The notes: generated by a model not told the origin, from the sequence alone. A stretch of DNA of 64,000 nt from Gnetum montanum (GCA_015680685.1 MNCI01002249.1:844424-908423); one strand, 5' to 3'. Shown: positions 49,601 through 63,618, numbered from the stretch's first letter. Made by a program: numbers and translations.

Positions 49601-50416
49601 AATCACAAGTGTTCATGCATGATCCAATTGAATTCCATGGATGGGACTAGTTGTGGCATCTAGATTGTTATGCTTGCCTTGATTGTAGTTTGTTGTCTTC
49701 CAACTTGGACCAGTGGTGGCTTTGTCACGTATGGTTTAGTCCAAAGTAAGGCATATGAGTCTTAATGTTTCATTGGCATTATGCTAGTCCTATCGATAAT
49801 AAAGAAATCAATTTAAACTAATTAACAATGGAAAGTAAAGTCTAAACTAGCCTACATGTGAGGAGTGTTTGTTCTAAGCATTCCATACACATCCTGAACT
49901 CATGGATCCACTACTGGGATTACCAAGCAGTATGCTACTAGGCAAACCAATCAATAATGTTGCTAGGATTACTAAGTGAATACATGTTTATGCTCAAAAT
50001 TGGTCATGCTTATCTCACCAATTCATTAATATGCATGGAAATGTAAATATTAAGTACATGAAAAGTAAATTACATGGAAAGTAAATGTAATCTAAGTTAA
50101 ATTGTTGTAATGAATAAGAACCAATCTTGATCTTATTGCTGTTCATGAAATGCGGTTAAGTACATTGCCACTCGAATAAGATGTCATATAGTTGACTCAA
50201 ATCCACATTGTGGGCACTCACTGATTATTCTCTAAGACTACAGAATAAAACTACAAGAGTTAGACTACTCTATTAACTAGCTTATGCCCAAACCATGTAC
50301 TTAAGTGTTATATTTAAAGGCTGGCACACATGGCACAATATTGGATATCTGACATTGCTTTGTGTACCTTGATATTGGGTGTCTAATATCAGAGCCAGAA
50401 AAAATATGGTTCATCA
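43673..50416 (-). mobile_element. Complete non-autonomous Athila-like element D
   Basis: LTRs 49564-50416 (5') and 43673-44505 (3'); TSD TAGAT; PBS TGGCCCCATTGCTAGGGA at 49545-49562; PPT ~44507-44515; decayed gag ~47250-49420; no RT or INT. Confidence 0.93.
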
Positions 50417-53281
50417 TAGATGAAAAGATTGAACAAGCCTTAAAGAGAAGCAAAGATGAGAATAAGAAAAGAGACAATGAACATAAAGCCTACAAGTACA
50501 AAGGAAAAGTTGTTGTTGTAGAGGAAATAACAAACTCCAGTTTAGAAGATAACGAAGGATGTAAAGTGTGCTAATATGAACATCCTAAGGGATGTTGTTG
50601 TGATATGATCCACTTACAAGAGTTTGGGGCATATGTACTCAAACCAAATTTTTTCAAGAAACAAATTCCTAGATGGTCACCTTATCCACAAAGTAATTAT
50701 CGATAGCCTTATCAATAATCATACTATCTAAGTAGGGCATATCCTCAACTATAAGAGAAATACCAGCAGTAGTGGCAATAACCACAATCTTGGGGAATGT
50801 CATCACTGAGGTAAAAAAAAAAAATCCATATAGGTAGCCTGATCCCTATGGATACTATGTTTAATGTCCAATCTCACTTGGGAATACTTCTATCCATGCT
50901 TCCTCTTCCTACTATTCAATAGAGTATCATAGACCCACTGCCTTATGCATGGATCCTAATTCTTACACACCCTAATAGTTGGTTTCCCATACCAAACTCC
51001 CAACACTTTGCAACCAGTATTGCTACTAATCATGTAAGGAGAACTACCAACACAACCACAACAAAAGAGTGCTACTAAAGTGGTCACCACATAAGGGGAT
51101 ACTATAACAAGCAAGGAAAGATCCAGGAAACATCCCTTCTTTAGGGCAAGCTTAGAAAAGGTTTGAAGGATGAGGACTTCATCTAACTCTATCTCATCCC
51201 TACATAATCCTTAGGAAAGCACTATGCTTTCAATATCTATAGAAAATAATCTAATAAATTTCATGCTTACAAAGATGGTAATCCATGGGATTAAAGTAAG
51301 AGCACTTCCCAAGAAGCAAACAAATCCTAGAAGTTCCGTAGTCTATCTACAAATCATTGGACATGAACCATGTAAGGCTCTATTAGATTCTAGGTCAAGA
51401 GTGAATCTTATTTTACAAAATATGTATAAGGCTTGTAATCTCCCTTTGCTGAAGAAGAGTATTATCAAATTAAAGCTAGCAAATTAGTCAATCATTGTTT
51501 CACTGGACCAAGTGAAAGATGTAATCAAAATCATAAGTGGCTAGTCTTATCCTTTTGATTTCCTATCGATACATGTGAGAAAGAATTAAGGGGGAATTCC
51601 CTATAATCATGGGAAGAGCATGGCTTAGTATTGTAGATGCTAAGCTTGAAATTAGAGACTTATCCTTAGAAATTTCCAAGGAGGATGAAGCCAAAATTAT
51701 CCAAAGACACAAAGTTTCATGTATTGCATATAGCGATAATGGGTGCAATTATGTGTAGAAAATCTAGACCACAAAATATGATGCCATCCCAACATGTAAT
51801 AGATGTGTTGAAGACATGTATGTACAACAATATCTACAATAACCATTGGACAAGAAAGTACCTAGTGGCTAATTACTGAAGAAGAAGTAGAATCTAACAT
51901 ATGCATGAAACCTTTGGACAATATTGCAACTACCTATGTTGAAGAAACAAATACATTAGAGAAATTACAAAGACAACCTTCTTACACTAAAGTACTACAT
52001 GAGGATAGTTAGAAAACCAAAGAAGTATGAATCAAAACCTCTAGAACTCAAGGCCCTACTAGATGCACTAGAATATGCTTTCCTAAATAACAAAAAACTA
52101 GTAATCATAAATGCTAATTTTGAGAATGACCAACTATGTTTGCATGGTCCTATGATGAGATCATTGACATTGATCTGTGCATCTCTTAACATTGAATCTA
52201 CATAGATCCAACCATTAAATCATGATACCAACTTCAAAGAAGATTGAATCCCAAAGTTAAAGAAGTTGTCAAATAAGAGCTAGAGAAATTATTGAAAGTA
52301 GGGTTCATCTATCCATTTGTAGATAGTAAATGGGTTAGCCCATTAGTCATTGTTTCAAAGAAAGGTAGCAAGTGGAGGGTCTATATTGATTTTTTGACTA
52401 TTGAACATGATGACATTCAAGGATCATTTTGCTTTGCCATTTGTTGACCAAGTCTTGAACACCATTATAGGATACGAGTAGTATAATGAAATTCATATTG
52501 CTCCAAAAGATCAAGAGAAAATAATGTTTACTAGTTCATGGAAAACATTTTCATATAGGCAAATGCCCTTTGGTGTGTGCAATGCTTAGCTTCTTTCCAA
52601 CGACATGTACTGAGTATTTTTTAGAAATAGATTAGTAATGAAGTTGATGTATTTATAGATGATTTTTCCACGTATGGGCTATATTTCAAGCAAGCCTTAG
52701 ACTATTTAGAGCATGTTTTGAAAAGATGTGTTGAAACTAATTTGAAGCTGAATTGGTAGAAAAGCCTCTTAATGGTTTAGAACGACATAGTTTTGGGACA
52801 TAATGTATCATATCAAGGAATAGAGGTAGATCCAAAAAAGATCAGAGTCATTCAAAAAATCACTTAGAGGCCACAAACAATCAAAGATGCTATATCATTT
52901 CTTGGTCATACAAGATATTATAGGAGGTTAACCACTAGTTGAACTAACAAAGATGCACCATTTCAGTGTATAGAATGATGTGAGAAAGCATTCGAGATCC
53001 TAAAATAGAAATTGATCAAGGTAGCAGTCTTTTGAGCTTTGGGTTGGTCCAAGCCTTTCCACATTATGATAGATGCTTCAAACTATGCATTGTGAGCCAT
53101 GTTGACTCAGCTGGATAATTAGAAATGACCTTATTATATACATTATGCCAGTCGAAGCATCACTAGTGCACAACTCAATTATACCATCACAAAAAAGAAG
53201 CTTATAGCTATGATGTATGCACTTGAAAAATTTAGATACTATATGCTCATGTATGCTTTTTATGTCCATATAGATAATAAT

Positions 53282-54173
53282 TGTTGAGTGGCGAGGTACC
53301 CCTACACTCAACCATATGAATACGAGCGTAGCATGAGTGATCCGGTTGAACTCCGCAAACGGACTAGTTGTGGCACCTAGATAGTTGTCCTTAGGTTGCA
53401 GTTTGCTGTCTTCCCACCTAGACTAGTGTTATATTTTTCACGTATGGTTTAGTCTAGATGAGGTGTATGATATGTTCCTAATTCTAACGCTACTCCTAAG
53501 GGCAATGGAAAATAATATTAACTAAGCTAAGCTAAGAGGAAAAGCGTAAGCGAATCTAATCTAGCCTAAGTGCGACGAGCAACTAATTCCTTGATCAACC
53601 GTACACATCTTGGACCTCATGCACGACTACCACTGGGATTACCAAGCGTAGATCCTAGGTACACCACTGGGCTACCAAGTAGTCACACTTAAATGCTCGT
53701 AATCAAGTCATACTCGTTCCGCGTTCTAAGAGTTTAAGGGTGAGAGAGAGAAAATAGTAAATAACATTAAAATAAATAAACAAAGTGACTACTGCAATGA
53801 TGAAGTAATCTCAATCTTTATTGCTGGTCATGTGCGTGTCCAAGTATGTCACACTCGAATAAAGAATACCGTACAATTACATTCACCACACTGCGGATAG
53901 ACACGGGAAAATAAACTATCTCTAGAGTGACCAAACTGCCAGAGCTTCGCTACTTCTAACTCCTAATACTTGAAACTGGGAAAGCTACCTCTTATTTATA
54001 GAAATTGCGGTGCACTACGATATCACGTACACGATATTGTAGGGAAGATGCGATATCACGTACGCAATATCGCGGCTGCGATATCACGGCCGCTGCGATA
54101 TCGCAGCTACTGATACAACAGGGCTATGATATCACGGTTGCGATATCATAGCCAGCAAATTCATGACTCATCA
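53282..54173 (-). mobile_element. Athila-like solo LTR (close to copy A) in the RNase H of C
   Basis: TGTTGA...TCATCA; TSD ATAAT/ACAAT (one transition). Confidence 0.92.
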
Positions 54174-56261
54174 ACAATGTTATTAGATTTTTGATGAACA
54201 AACTAGCGGTAATCCAAGAGTGATAAGATGGCTTGTCATTCAACAAGAATTTGATATCACAATGACCAATAGGAAAGGAGTTGAAAATGTTGTAGATGAT
54301 TACCTATCAAGATTAAGATGGGAACCTTAGAAAAATAAAGAGCTACTATCAAACTAATTTTCTGATGAAAATTTATTCATAAAGACAACAATGGTCATAG
54401 ATTCAATAGTGATGTTTCGGTTATTGATTACATGACATATCTTATTACACAATAGCTTCTTGTTAAATGGAATAAGAAATAAAAATAGTAGTTTCTTCAT
54501 AGGGTGAAGAGGTATATGAAAGTTAATGGAAACCTATACAAGATATATGTTAATGGGTTGATAAGATGATGTGTTCCAGAAGAAAGTCTATAAAGAGTCT
54601 TGTAGGATGTATATGAAGGACCATATGGTGGTCATGATGCAAGATGATGGACAAAACTGAAATTGATAATGGTAGGCTACTTTTGACCTACCATATTTAG
54701 GGATGCACATCAATCTACATAGTTTTGTGAGAGATGCCAGAGAGATGGAGGATTGACAACTAGAAATAAAGGGTCACAACAATGGTTATAACCATTAGAA
54801 CCATTTGATATCTAGGGAATTAACTTTATGGGGTCTATCACACCAATGTTGAATGGAAAGTCTTATATAATAGTAAATATTAATTATTGTACAAAATGTG
54901 TAAAAATAGTTGTAGTTAACGATTGCACAACCACAACAACTATAAAATTATTTCATTAACATGTGGTGAATAAATTTGGAATACCCCACATGCTAATATT
55001 AGATAACAAAACTCACTTTACTAGAGCTACATTTAAGAAGCTAATGCACCAATGTAGGGTCAACCATAAATTAACTACATCTTATCATTCCCAAGGGAAT
55101 GGTCAAGCTAAAGTGACTACCAGAGAAATCACAAGAATATTAACTAGAAGTGTGTGTTAGTGTAGGAAGGATTGGAGCACTAAACTTAATAATGCTCTAT
55201 GGATATATAGAACAACTTGGAAACTTCTTATAGGGTATTTACCATATGAGTTAGTTTATGGAAAACTACCTTGTCTACTAATCCAAGTAGAGCTTAATAC
55301 CATTGTAAATGCTAGTACCCTTGACCTAGATCTAAATTTAGCTAAAAAAGAATGCCTATTGAAACTAAATCTCTTACTGATAAAGTTCTTTACTATAATG
55401 AAAATCATGTACTACAAAAGACTAAGTTTCAAACTTTATTGAAAGGACTTTATATCGTTCATGCAATATTCTAATCAGGCACCATGTAAATCTATTACCC
55501 GATAAAATCACAAAAACTTATTCTTGTTAATATTTAATAAGTGAAACCATTTTGTGACCTTCCCAACTACTCCAAAGACTCCACCTCACATGCTAGACCA
55601 TTTAACACCCATTCAATCTTCCAAGTTGTTACTCTTAATGATAGTTATGGGGGTGTCAAGTTTGACACTTAGGCATCAATTCCTCTTTTTATATTATTTT
55701 AACATTTTTCACCTTTCTTACCAATTTTTACATTCTTTAATATCTTGTTCATTCTTTTATACTTTTTCTATTTCTTCATCATTTTTCATTGTTTAATATC
55801 TTTTAAATTTTTTATACATTTTTCTATTCTTACCATTTCCCATGATTCTTAATATTTTTCATGTACATACTTTTGTTTATTTTTCTAATAAAGTGTAGAG
55901 GAATAAAATAAGATGTAGTCCAAACAATGAGAATTTCACCCTATGTTATCAAATCATTAAAGGACTAATTATATATATAGTGAGACCACATTGTCCATCC
56001 ACTCATTTCTAATAATAAGAAGTTCTTATCATGGCCATAATAACATTCTTTTTATAATAAAATTAAAATAAACTTGTGATCATTATGCCTGGATGGAAAA
56101 GTAAAGAAGTAAGTGGGAATGAAAAGGGTGTGACATTAAGGGGATTTATGGATTCTCTAAGATTGGTACTATAAGTCCTATCTTGCTGACGAGTTGTATT
56201 ATTTACTTGAGTTTTAACAAAAAATTGAAGTATATCTAAAATAAGTACTACCTTATCATGT

Positions 56262-56485
56262 CACTAGAAAAAGATGATACCATGCTTGAAGATACTCCTC
56301 TAGTAAGGTTGACATAGTAATAACATAATAAATACACATAATAAAATTTTTTGGGTGTTCTACTAGAAAGACATGTTACCCATGCTTAAAGGTAGAAAAT
56401 TTCTTAGAAATTCCAGGGTTTCTTAGACTTGCATTGGTTATGGGGCCAAAAAGACACGTTGCTCATGCTTGAAGGCACTCCTCTA
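56262..56485 (+). repeat. Spaced ~35-bp repeat in the pol to extra-ORF spacer
   Basis: AGAAAGACATGTTACCCATGCTTAAAGG-like units at 56262, 56362 and 56446; also at 59543, 59643 and on the minus strand at ~32590 and ~45895. Confidence 0.8.
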
Positions 56486-57877
56486 TCCAATGGCCAAGTA
56501 TCCTTTAAAAATAAAATGTGTTATTAATAAACTACTTCCTTGTACCTTATTACCAAGTGTTAATATTCCTTACAGATGTGATAGTCTTGTAGTTGTTAGT
56601 TTTAGGATGATACAATGTGATTTTACTAGTAAGTGGTATCTTGGACAGAAGGGCTAATGATCACTTTAACTATGCATCATACATGGAATTCATTATGCCT
56701 ATAGTAAGATATCTCATGTCCCATTTTTTGCAATCCCTACTACTTTCATTCCACTTCATTGTTATATACAATCACGGTTTAATGGTTTTGTATGATGTAG
56801 TGTTATTTTCTTATCAAGGCAATACTAACATGTGTGTTTTGGAACATAGGTATGTTTTACATTGAACTCCTTGAGTGCCTATTAACACTTTTAGGTGTGG
56901 TTATATAAATGCACTAAGGGGTAGAACTTGCTTTGAGGAGGACCCACTTGCATAAATTTTCTGCTTCATACTTGATGACTAATTCCAGATCATTGTGTAC
57001 ATCTAGAACACTCATACGATCATTGTTATCTTTCCTATATATTCATCTTTAATCATATGTTTAGAAATTAATAATCTCCTACAAACTTAATCAACTTACC
57101 TTTCCCAAACTCCTTCTTTCACATACTTTCAGTGATAAATTCTTGCAATACGAGCATCACCTATGATTAAGAATCCTTTGGACCATCTTTATACCTTCTA
57201 GAATATCTAATTTATCTAATTTTTTCACTAGAAATTGCACAAAATATTGAAAATTTTCACAGTGATATCATAGATATGATGTATGAGTCCCTGTGATATC
57301 ACATTATCTATAATGTATCCATGATAAAAATCTATATATATGCATGGGGAATTAGAAAATTTTTTCCATTCTCTCATTCAATGCCTAAGTAGTTCTTGTT
57401 ATTTTTCTGATCTCCAAACTTCAGAGATCCTTATCTTCCTCATTGTAACTCTAATTTAAGCCATTTTTGTTTTCTTTTGCTCATGGAGTGAGTAATTTAG
57501 TTGTGGGGAAGAGTACTACACCTAGTTGTGTGAATTACATTGCATTTTTCTAATGTATGGAATAATAAAGAAAGGGTAAGAATAATAGGAAATAGTTAGA
57601 TTTTAAATCAACAATGGCTAATAAGCTTGAGAATTCTTCCCAAACAATAATTCAATCACATTTTAACAAGAAATCAGCAATCGTGATGGGTCATGAAGCC
57701 TAAAATTATTTATAAGCATTAGGAAATTCTACAATTAAGGGTTTTTACAAGTTTTTTTGCTAATTTTGCAACTTCAATATAAGTTTTATTGTAACCTAAA
57801 AACTCAAGAAAGGGTTATGAACAGTTAGAGATTTTCATGAAATCCTTAGGTGGTCTTAAAGGAATTATTTATGATTG

Positions 57878-59540
57878 ATGCTTCCTAAAAGACCTGTAGT
57901 AGAAGGACCATCATAACAAAGGGGAAAGAGACCTAGAGGAACATGACAAGCTAGAGAACAAACTTCACATGCATAGCAAGAGGCCTAATTCTACAGTATC
58001 CATGAACCAACACCTGCGATAGAATAATCTACATAGGTAGAAGTTAATGCATTGCCTGCTTAGAAGCAAGAATAGCACCTTACATTATCAAAGGAATATC
58101 TCCAAGCAATCCAAGAGAAGTCTATCATGTCTACTATCATAATGAAACCAAACTTTGGACCATTCATGGAGTTTGCCCTTGCTAATGTTCTTGAAAAACT
58201 CCAAGACTCTCCTTTATGATCCACCATTTCAAACAATGGTGAATGATACTTGGGAGAAGTTTATCAATTTTGGAAGAACAAGTAGGATCATGCTATTGTG
58301 AAAATAGAGGGAATCACAATGCCATACTCTGTTGAAGCAATAGCCAAGGCATTGAACCTTCCAAACATCAAAGCTAACATCATTTAAATCTCTTCAAGGT
58401 CCAACAAATAGGCAAGAAAGCTATGGTTACAAAGGGCCTATGGGACTATTAAAAAGGAATACAATGGATTGATCATAGTTGAGAAGACTTACATCAAGAT
58501 TGAGACCTACCATTTCATCCCAGCAAAAGATTGAATAGAATTTTTACCTATGCTGCTAGAGGAAGAGCTATTCTAATGTGTAAATTCCATACCAACATGA
58601 CCCATCTACTAATGTGAAAATTCTAATGTGAAAATTCAAACAAGATTTATGGAAGAGAAGGTAGGGAAACTTACTCTACCATTCCCTCACCTTATCAAAA
58701 ACTTGTGCTAATAAGTAGGAATTCTGGGTTAAACCAATGATATTTTTCATAAAGCCCAAAATGCCTATATGGCAAAATTTCAAAAGTAGTGTTGCCAAAG
58801 AAAGACCAAGTGGAAAAACTAGTAGAAACTGAAGGAGTAGTTGGGTTTACACCACCAAGCAATGTTCTAGCCATAGGAATAGAGCAAGTAGGACCCAGTG
58901 GATCAACACCAGCAACCGATAGACCAAGGCCAAGTGCTCCTTTGGCATAAAAAGATTCCAAACCCTTACTAACACATTTGCAACAAATTGGTAAAACAAT
59001 AATTTGGGAAAGTAGAGAAGTTGCAAGTATGTACAGGATAAGGAACAATTCAACCAAGCCTACCATATTAATAGGACTTGCAAGTGGTTAAATCTCATTG
59101 TAGACAGGAAAAGTTGAGGAATGGGCATAACAAATATCTAGGAATGTCACATCTTTGTAAGTGATATTAGAAATAAAAGAAGGAGCCATAGCGATGATGA
59201 TGCAACACTAGGATATAGTAGGAATAATTGATGTTATCACAGATCATATCAAAGAGTCTTTTAATATTCCCATTATGCCACTGACTGATCTTACTAGAGA
59301 GAAATATGTAGAAAAAATAGACAAAACATCAATGACCCCAAAAAAGCATTAAGATATCTTAGACCAATTGCTATAGACTAGGAAAGTGATGAAAAATATC
59401 TTTGATATCCTAAGTGATATCATTGCAGTGCAATCAAAAATAATTTCAACTAAGGGTAAGCTAGTCATGACTGAGATCAAATTACAACATGTTAAAAATG
59501 AAGTGCAAAGGCTAGAAAAGAAATTGATTGCATTTACCAT
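57878..59540 (+). pseudogene. Extra-ORF copy of C, truncated in the coiled coil
   Basis: MLPKRPVVEGPS...; homologous to 24.3-25.9 kb (IFDILSDIIAVQSKIISTKGKLVMTE). Confidence 0.82.
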
Positions 59541-60208
59541 GTCACTGGAAAGACATGTTACCCATACCTTAAGGTAGTCCTACAGTAATGTCAACATAGT
59601 TAAAAATACGATCCATGTGCAAGAATAAATTTCTAGGGGTCCCACTAGAAAGACATGTTACCCATGCCTAAAGGTAGGCAACTTCTCAGGAATCTTAAAA
59701 AATAATAAAAAAGTGCAATTAATAAACTCCTTCCTTGGACAATATGCCAAGTGATAGTACTCTTTGCAATAGGAGTAGTCTTGTGATTGTGAATCCAAGA
59801 GATGAAACAATGAAATGTCATTAAAATACGGGCTGGACTTGTTGGAATCTTGGAAAAAAGGGCTAATGATTATTTTAACCATGAATAACACACAAGGACT
59901 CATTACACCTTTGATAAGACACCTAACATCCCAAGTTCAATAATCCTTTCTACAATTTGTCTCACCTCACTGTATAGTTAATCATAACTTGTAGTTTTGT
60001 GTAATATAGTGATATTTTTCCAATTCGGAAATGTTAGGTCATGAAAATTAAAGATGTAACATTTAAGGGGTTTCATTTTGAAAATTATTGTAACTTTGCA
60101 ATCATTATGAACTAAAGATGTGATCTAACCAAAAGAACGAGAAGCTTTATGAATCATTAATTGCCGATTTAAACACTTTGGTAATCCTAAACTTTTGATT
60201 AATTGTAG

Positions 60209-62889
60209 ATGGCCCTAAAGAGGACACTAGAAGAAGGACCCTCACAACTGGAAAACAAAAGACCAAGAGGTTGAGGAAGAGGTCACATTGGAGAACAAAC
60301 TCCACCAACAAAGCATGCAGAGTAAGAAGCCTAGTCTTTTAATATCCATCACCAAACACCTACTACTGAATACTTTGCCCAAGTAGAGGTTGAAGCACCA
60401 CAAGGACAGAACCTTACGCTATCACCTGAATGTCTTCAAGCCATCTAAGAAAAGTCAATCATGTCCATAGTTATTGTGGAATTCAATTTTGGTCCTTTTA
60501 TGGAGTTTTCACTAGAGACTGTTAGAACACAACTCCAATCATCTCCCTGGTGGCCTACCTTGTCAACAAGTGGAGAATGGTACTTAGGGGAAATCCTTCA
60601 ATTTTGATAAAACAAGCAAGCTAATTCCATGGTAAAGATAAAAGGAGTTTCCATGTCATATTTAGTGGAGGTGATAGTCAAAGTCCTCAATTTACCAAAT
60701 GAAGGGGCTAATGTAACATAGATATACACATGGTCTGATACTGATGTAGAGAGATTGTGGCTACACTGAGCCTATGGCAAGAAGGATAAGGAATATAGTG
60801 AGCTAACTACAAAGGAAAAGATATATTTCAAAATTGGCACCTATCATCTATTCCCAACCAAAAGGCTTAACAGGATTTCAACTTATGTGGCTAGAGGAAG
60901 CACCATATTGATGGAAAACTTAAATGTCAATATTGTCCATCTGTACTTTCTCAAAATCCAAAGATGATTTGAAGAGAAGAAGGTGGGGAAGCCAATAGTA
61001 CCATTCCCCTACCTGATCAGAAAGTTGTGCAAACAAGCAGACATACTTGGTTATACAAACAATGTTTTGAGGATAGATTAAAACACCTCATTTGTTGAGA
61101 TTTCAAAACCCATGCGTCCAAAGAAGGATCAATTGGAGAAATAGGTAGGTACTGAGGGAGCTATAGGCTCAAATCCTATTGACACCATTCAAGCTTCTAG
61201 CCAACAATAACAAGAAAGACTTAGTAGCTAGCCACCAGTTGATCGGCAACAAAAACAACAAGTTCCACCGTTGCCTCCATAGGATTATCAACCTTCTATG
61301 AGCCATCTATAGCAAATTGTAGATTCAATAAGCTAGGAACAAGAGAAGGGGCCAATCTCTATAAGGTCATAGAAGATGCAATCAGATCCACCATCTCAAC
61401 AGATCCTACTAATGGGCAGATATCATTGCATTTAGCAGGAGGGGATACTTGGTCACAAAAGATCTCAGGGAACGTTGCATCATTCCAATTAATGTTGGAA
61501 ACTAGAGAAGGAGCCATAGTGGTGGTCATGGAACATCAAGATCTAATAGGAACACTAAAGTGATTACTAATCACATGAAGGAGTCCTTCAATGTTCTTAT
61601 TGTGCCACTAGTCAATATCTCTAGAGTGTGACGCTCAAATGTTGGTTGGAACGTCAATGACTTTAGCTAAACATGAAGAAAACTTAGATAGGCTATTGAA
61701 GATGAGGCAAGCTATGCAACATCTTTTTGATATCCCTAGTGATATCATTGCAGTCCAATTTAAACTATTAGCCACCAAAGAAAAGTTTGTTATGGCCAAG
61801 ACTAGGGCAGAGCATATCGAGAATGAAGTCTAGAAACTACAAGAAGAGCTCATGACCTTAAGGACAGAAAGAAGAGATCCCATGTGATTCATGACACCTA
61901 ACCAACTTGATTAGTTTTAGATAGACCATGTAAATCATCTCATTGACCATAATTTGAAGATGGAGTGAGAGAAGGAGAAAGCGGTATAAGATGCCTCAGT
62001 GACAAAAGCACAAATGTATGTACATGCCAAGGCACTCACTACTCTAGAGGAAGAGAATAAACAATTAGCTATAGACAATGTTGAGTTCACTAACATTGAG
62101 TGCCAAAAGAACATTGTCGAAGAAAGCATCCAACAACTTCGAGAACAATTAGTTCAAGTCAACTAAGATACGAGTCGCTTGGCCTATGAGAGCAGGATCC
62201 TATCAATGGAAGATGTTCACACAATGAGATAGGTATATACAATTGAGATCAGCATGTGGTAGAATGAGGCTAAGAAGCATGGATGACACAAAGAGCATTT
62301 TTGAGATAAGGTGGACATGTACAAGCAGATTAATGAGAAAGAAATTTAGATGGATAAAGCCAAGATAAAGTCCATTTTAGTGCAAAATCCAAATTGGTAA
62401 TCAATCTTGGATAGTCTAGCCCATGTCCACCAAGTAGAAATTAAAAATAAAGACTTGCAGATTGATGATCTCATAGAGTACATGAGGTTAGTGAATCTAC
62501 GCTATGCTAACCTGGCCATGTTAACTATAGGTGGGTCCAAGAATGAATTAGAATAGCAAGTAGTGATCGTGTATGTTATGTATGAGAAAGAATTGGGTAA
62601 CAGAAAAGATGCACCTTAAAAGTTACACATGGAAAAATTAGAATTAGAAGTTGTTAAGGCTGGCTAACAAGGCTATAAAGATGTTGTAGCTAATCTAGCT
62701 CACAGAATGTTTGACTATTAGGAATCAAGAAAAATAGCCAGGTTATTTGAAGAAGAACGATGGTAGTTTGTAGCCTAGTATGTAAAGGAAAATCAAATGT
62801 TCTCACAACTACCATGCCCATGGGATGTACTAGCTCCATCACACATCACTCAACAAGGATGGACAATACAAAATCCTAGGATATGACAA
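60209..62889 (+). pseudogene. Near full-length decayed extra-ORF copy
   Basis: ttgtag|ATG start; collinear with the young copy through YFKIGTYHLFP, NLRYANLAMLT and FSQLPCPWDV; cut off at TGTTGA 62890. Confidence 0.85.
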
Positions 62890-63299
62890 TGTTGAGTTAT
62901 ATATCTTGGGGTATATGTATATTATAATTATTATGGGTTTCCAACACCCCTATATATCTTAGGATATACCTATATTGCAATTTCCCCTCATCAAAGCATT
63001 GTCAAACTCAACAAGTAGACAAAAGAAAGAATAGTACATGGCATGAATGACTTGAATATCATTTAATTACAAAATGAAATGTTGAATACGAGGTAGGTAA
63101 CTCAAAATTTAAGTGAATACATATTGTGATTAAAGATCAATAACCAATGACTTGTATACATCATTATAAATAACAAAATCAAGTATCTAAGTTGCATCAA
63201 CATCACTAGAAAAAGTCATCTTAACTTTCTTCCTTCCATCATGTGGATCTTCATTTTGAGAATCAACAAAAAATTTTACATTGATAAAAAAAGAAAAAA

Positions 63300-63545
63300 T
63301 GTGAACATTAGTTAAAGAAGTTGGGAATAATATAGAATCCCCTATAGGGGAATTTTAGAGAAATTAGATCCATTGGAGAAAAATCAAAGAGAAAAAAATC
63401 ATATTTACTGAAAAAAAAGTTAAATTTTCTAGAGAAACATCAAATCTATTGAAAAATCAAATATATTGAAGAAACATTAGATATATTGAAAAAAATTAGA
63501 TACACTAAAAAACATTAGATTCATTGAAAAAGAAAGATAGATATG
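63300..63545. repeat. Degenerate ~20-bp AT-rich tandem repeat
   Basis: Recurrent AAACATTAGATxxATTGAAA units. Confidence 0.6.
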
Positions 63546-63554
63546 CATTGTTCA

Positions 63555-63618
63555 CCAAAATCAAACCCATAACTTATAGCTTTTAAATCAAGAGTCTTAC
63601 CACTAAGCTAACACCTCA
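63555..63618 (-). mobile_element. tRNA-derived SINE head, same family as 8422
   Basis: Reverse complement reads TGAGGTGTTAGCTTAGTGGTAAGACTCTTGA. Confidence 0.55.

Larger units (their letters stand above)
39855..59540 (+). mobile_element. Athila-like Gypsy element C (5' LTR, PBS, gag-pol, spacer, extra ORF) carrying three nested insertions
   Basis: LTR ends TCATCA at 40749 (start approximate); decayed tRNA-Asp-type PBS ~40752-40768; gag resumes across the insertions; PR ALLDSRSRVNLI ~51380; RT VFIDDF ~52655; RH ~53050-53280; INT ~54300-55380. Confidence 0.85.

Noticed and set aside
56262-56485. CRISPR-like repeat-spacer array
   Set aside because: Eukaryotic retrotransposon context with no cas genes. 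The repeats are degenerate, and the spacers at ~56303 and ~59585 are homologous to each other.
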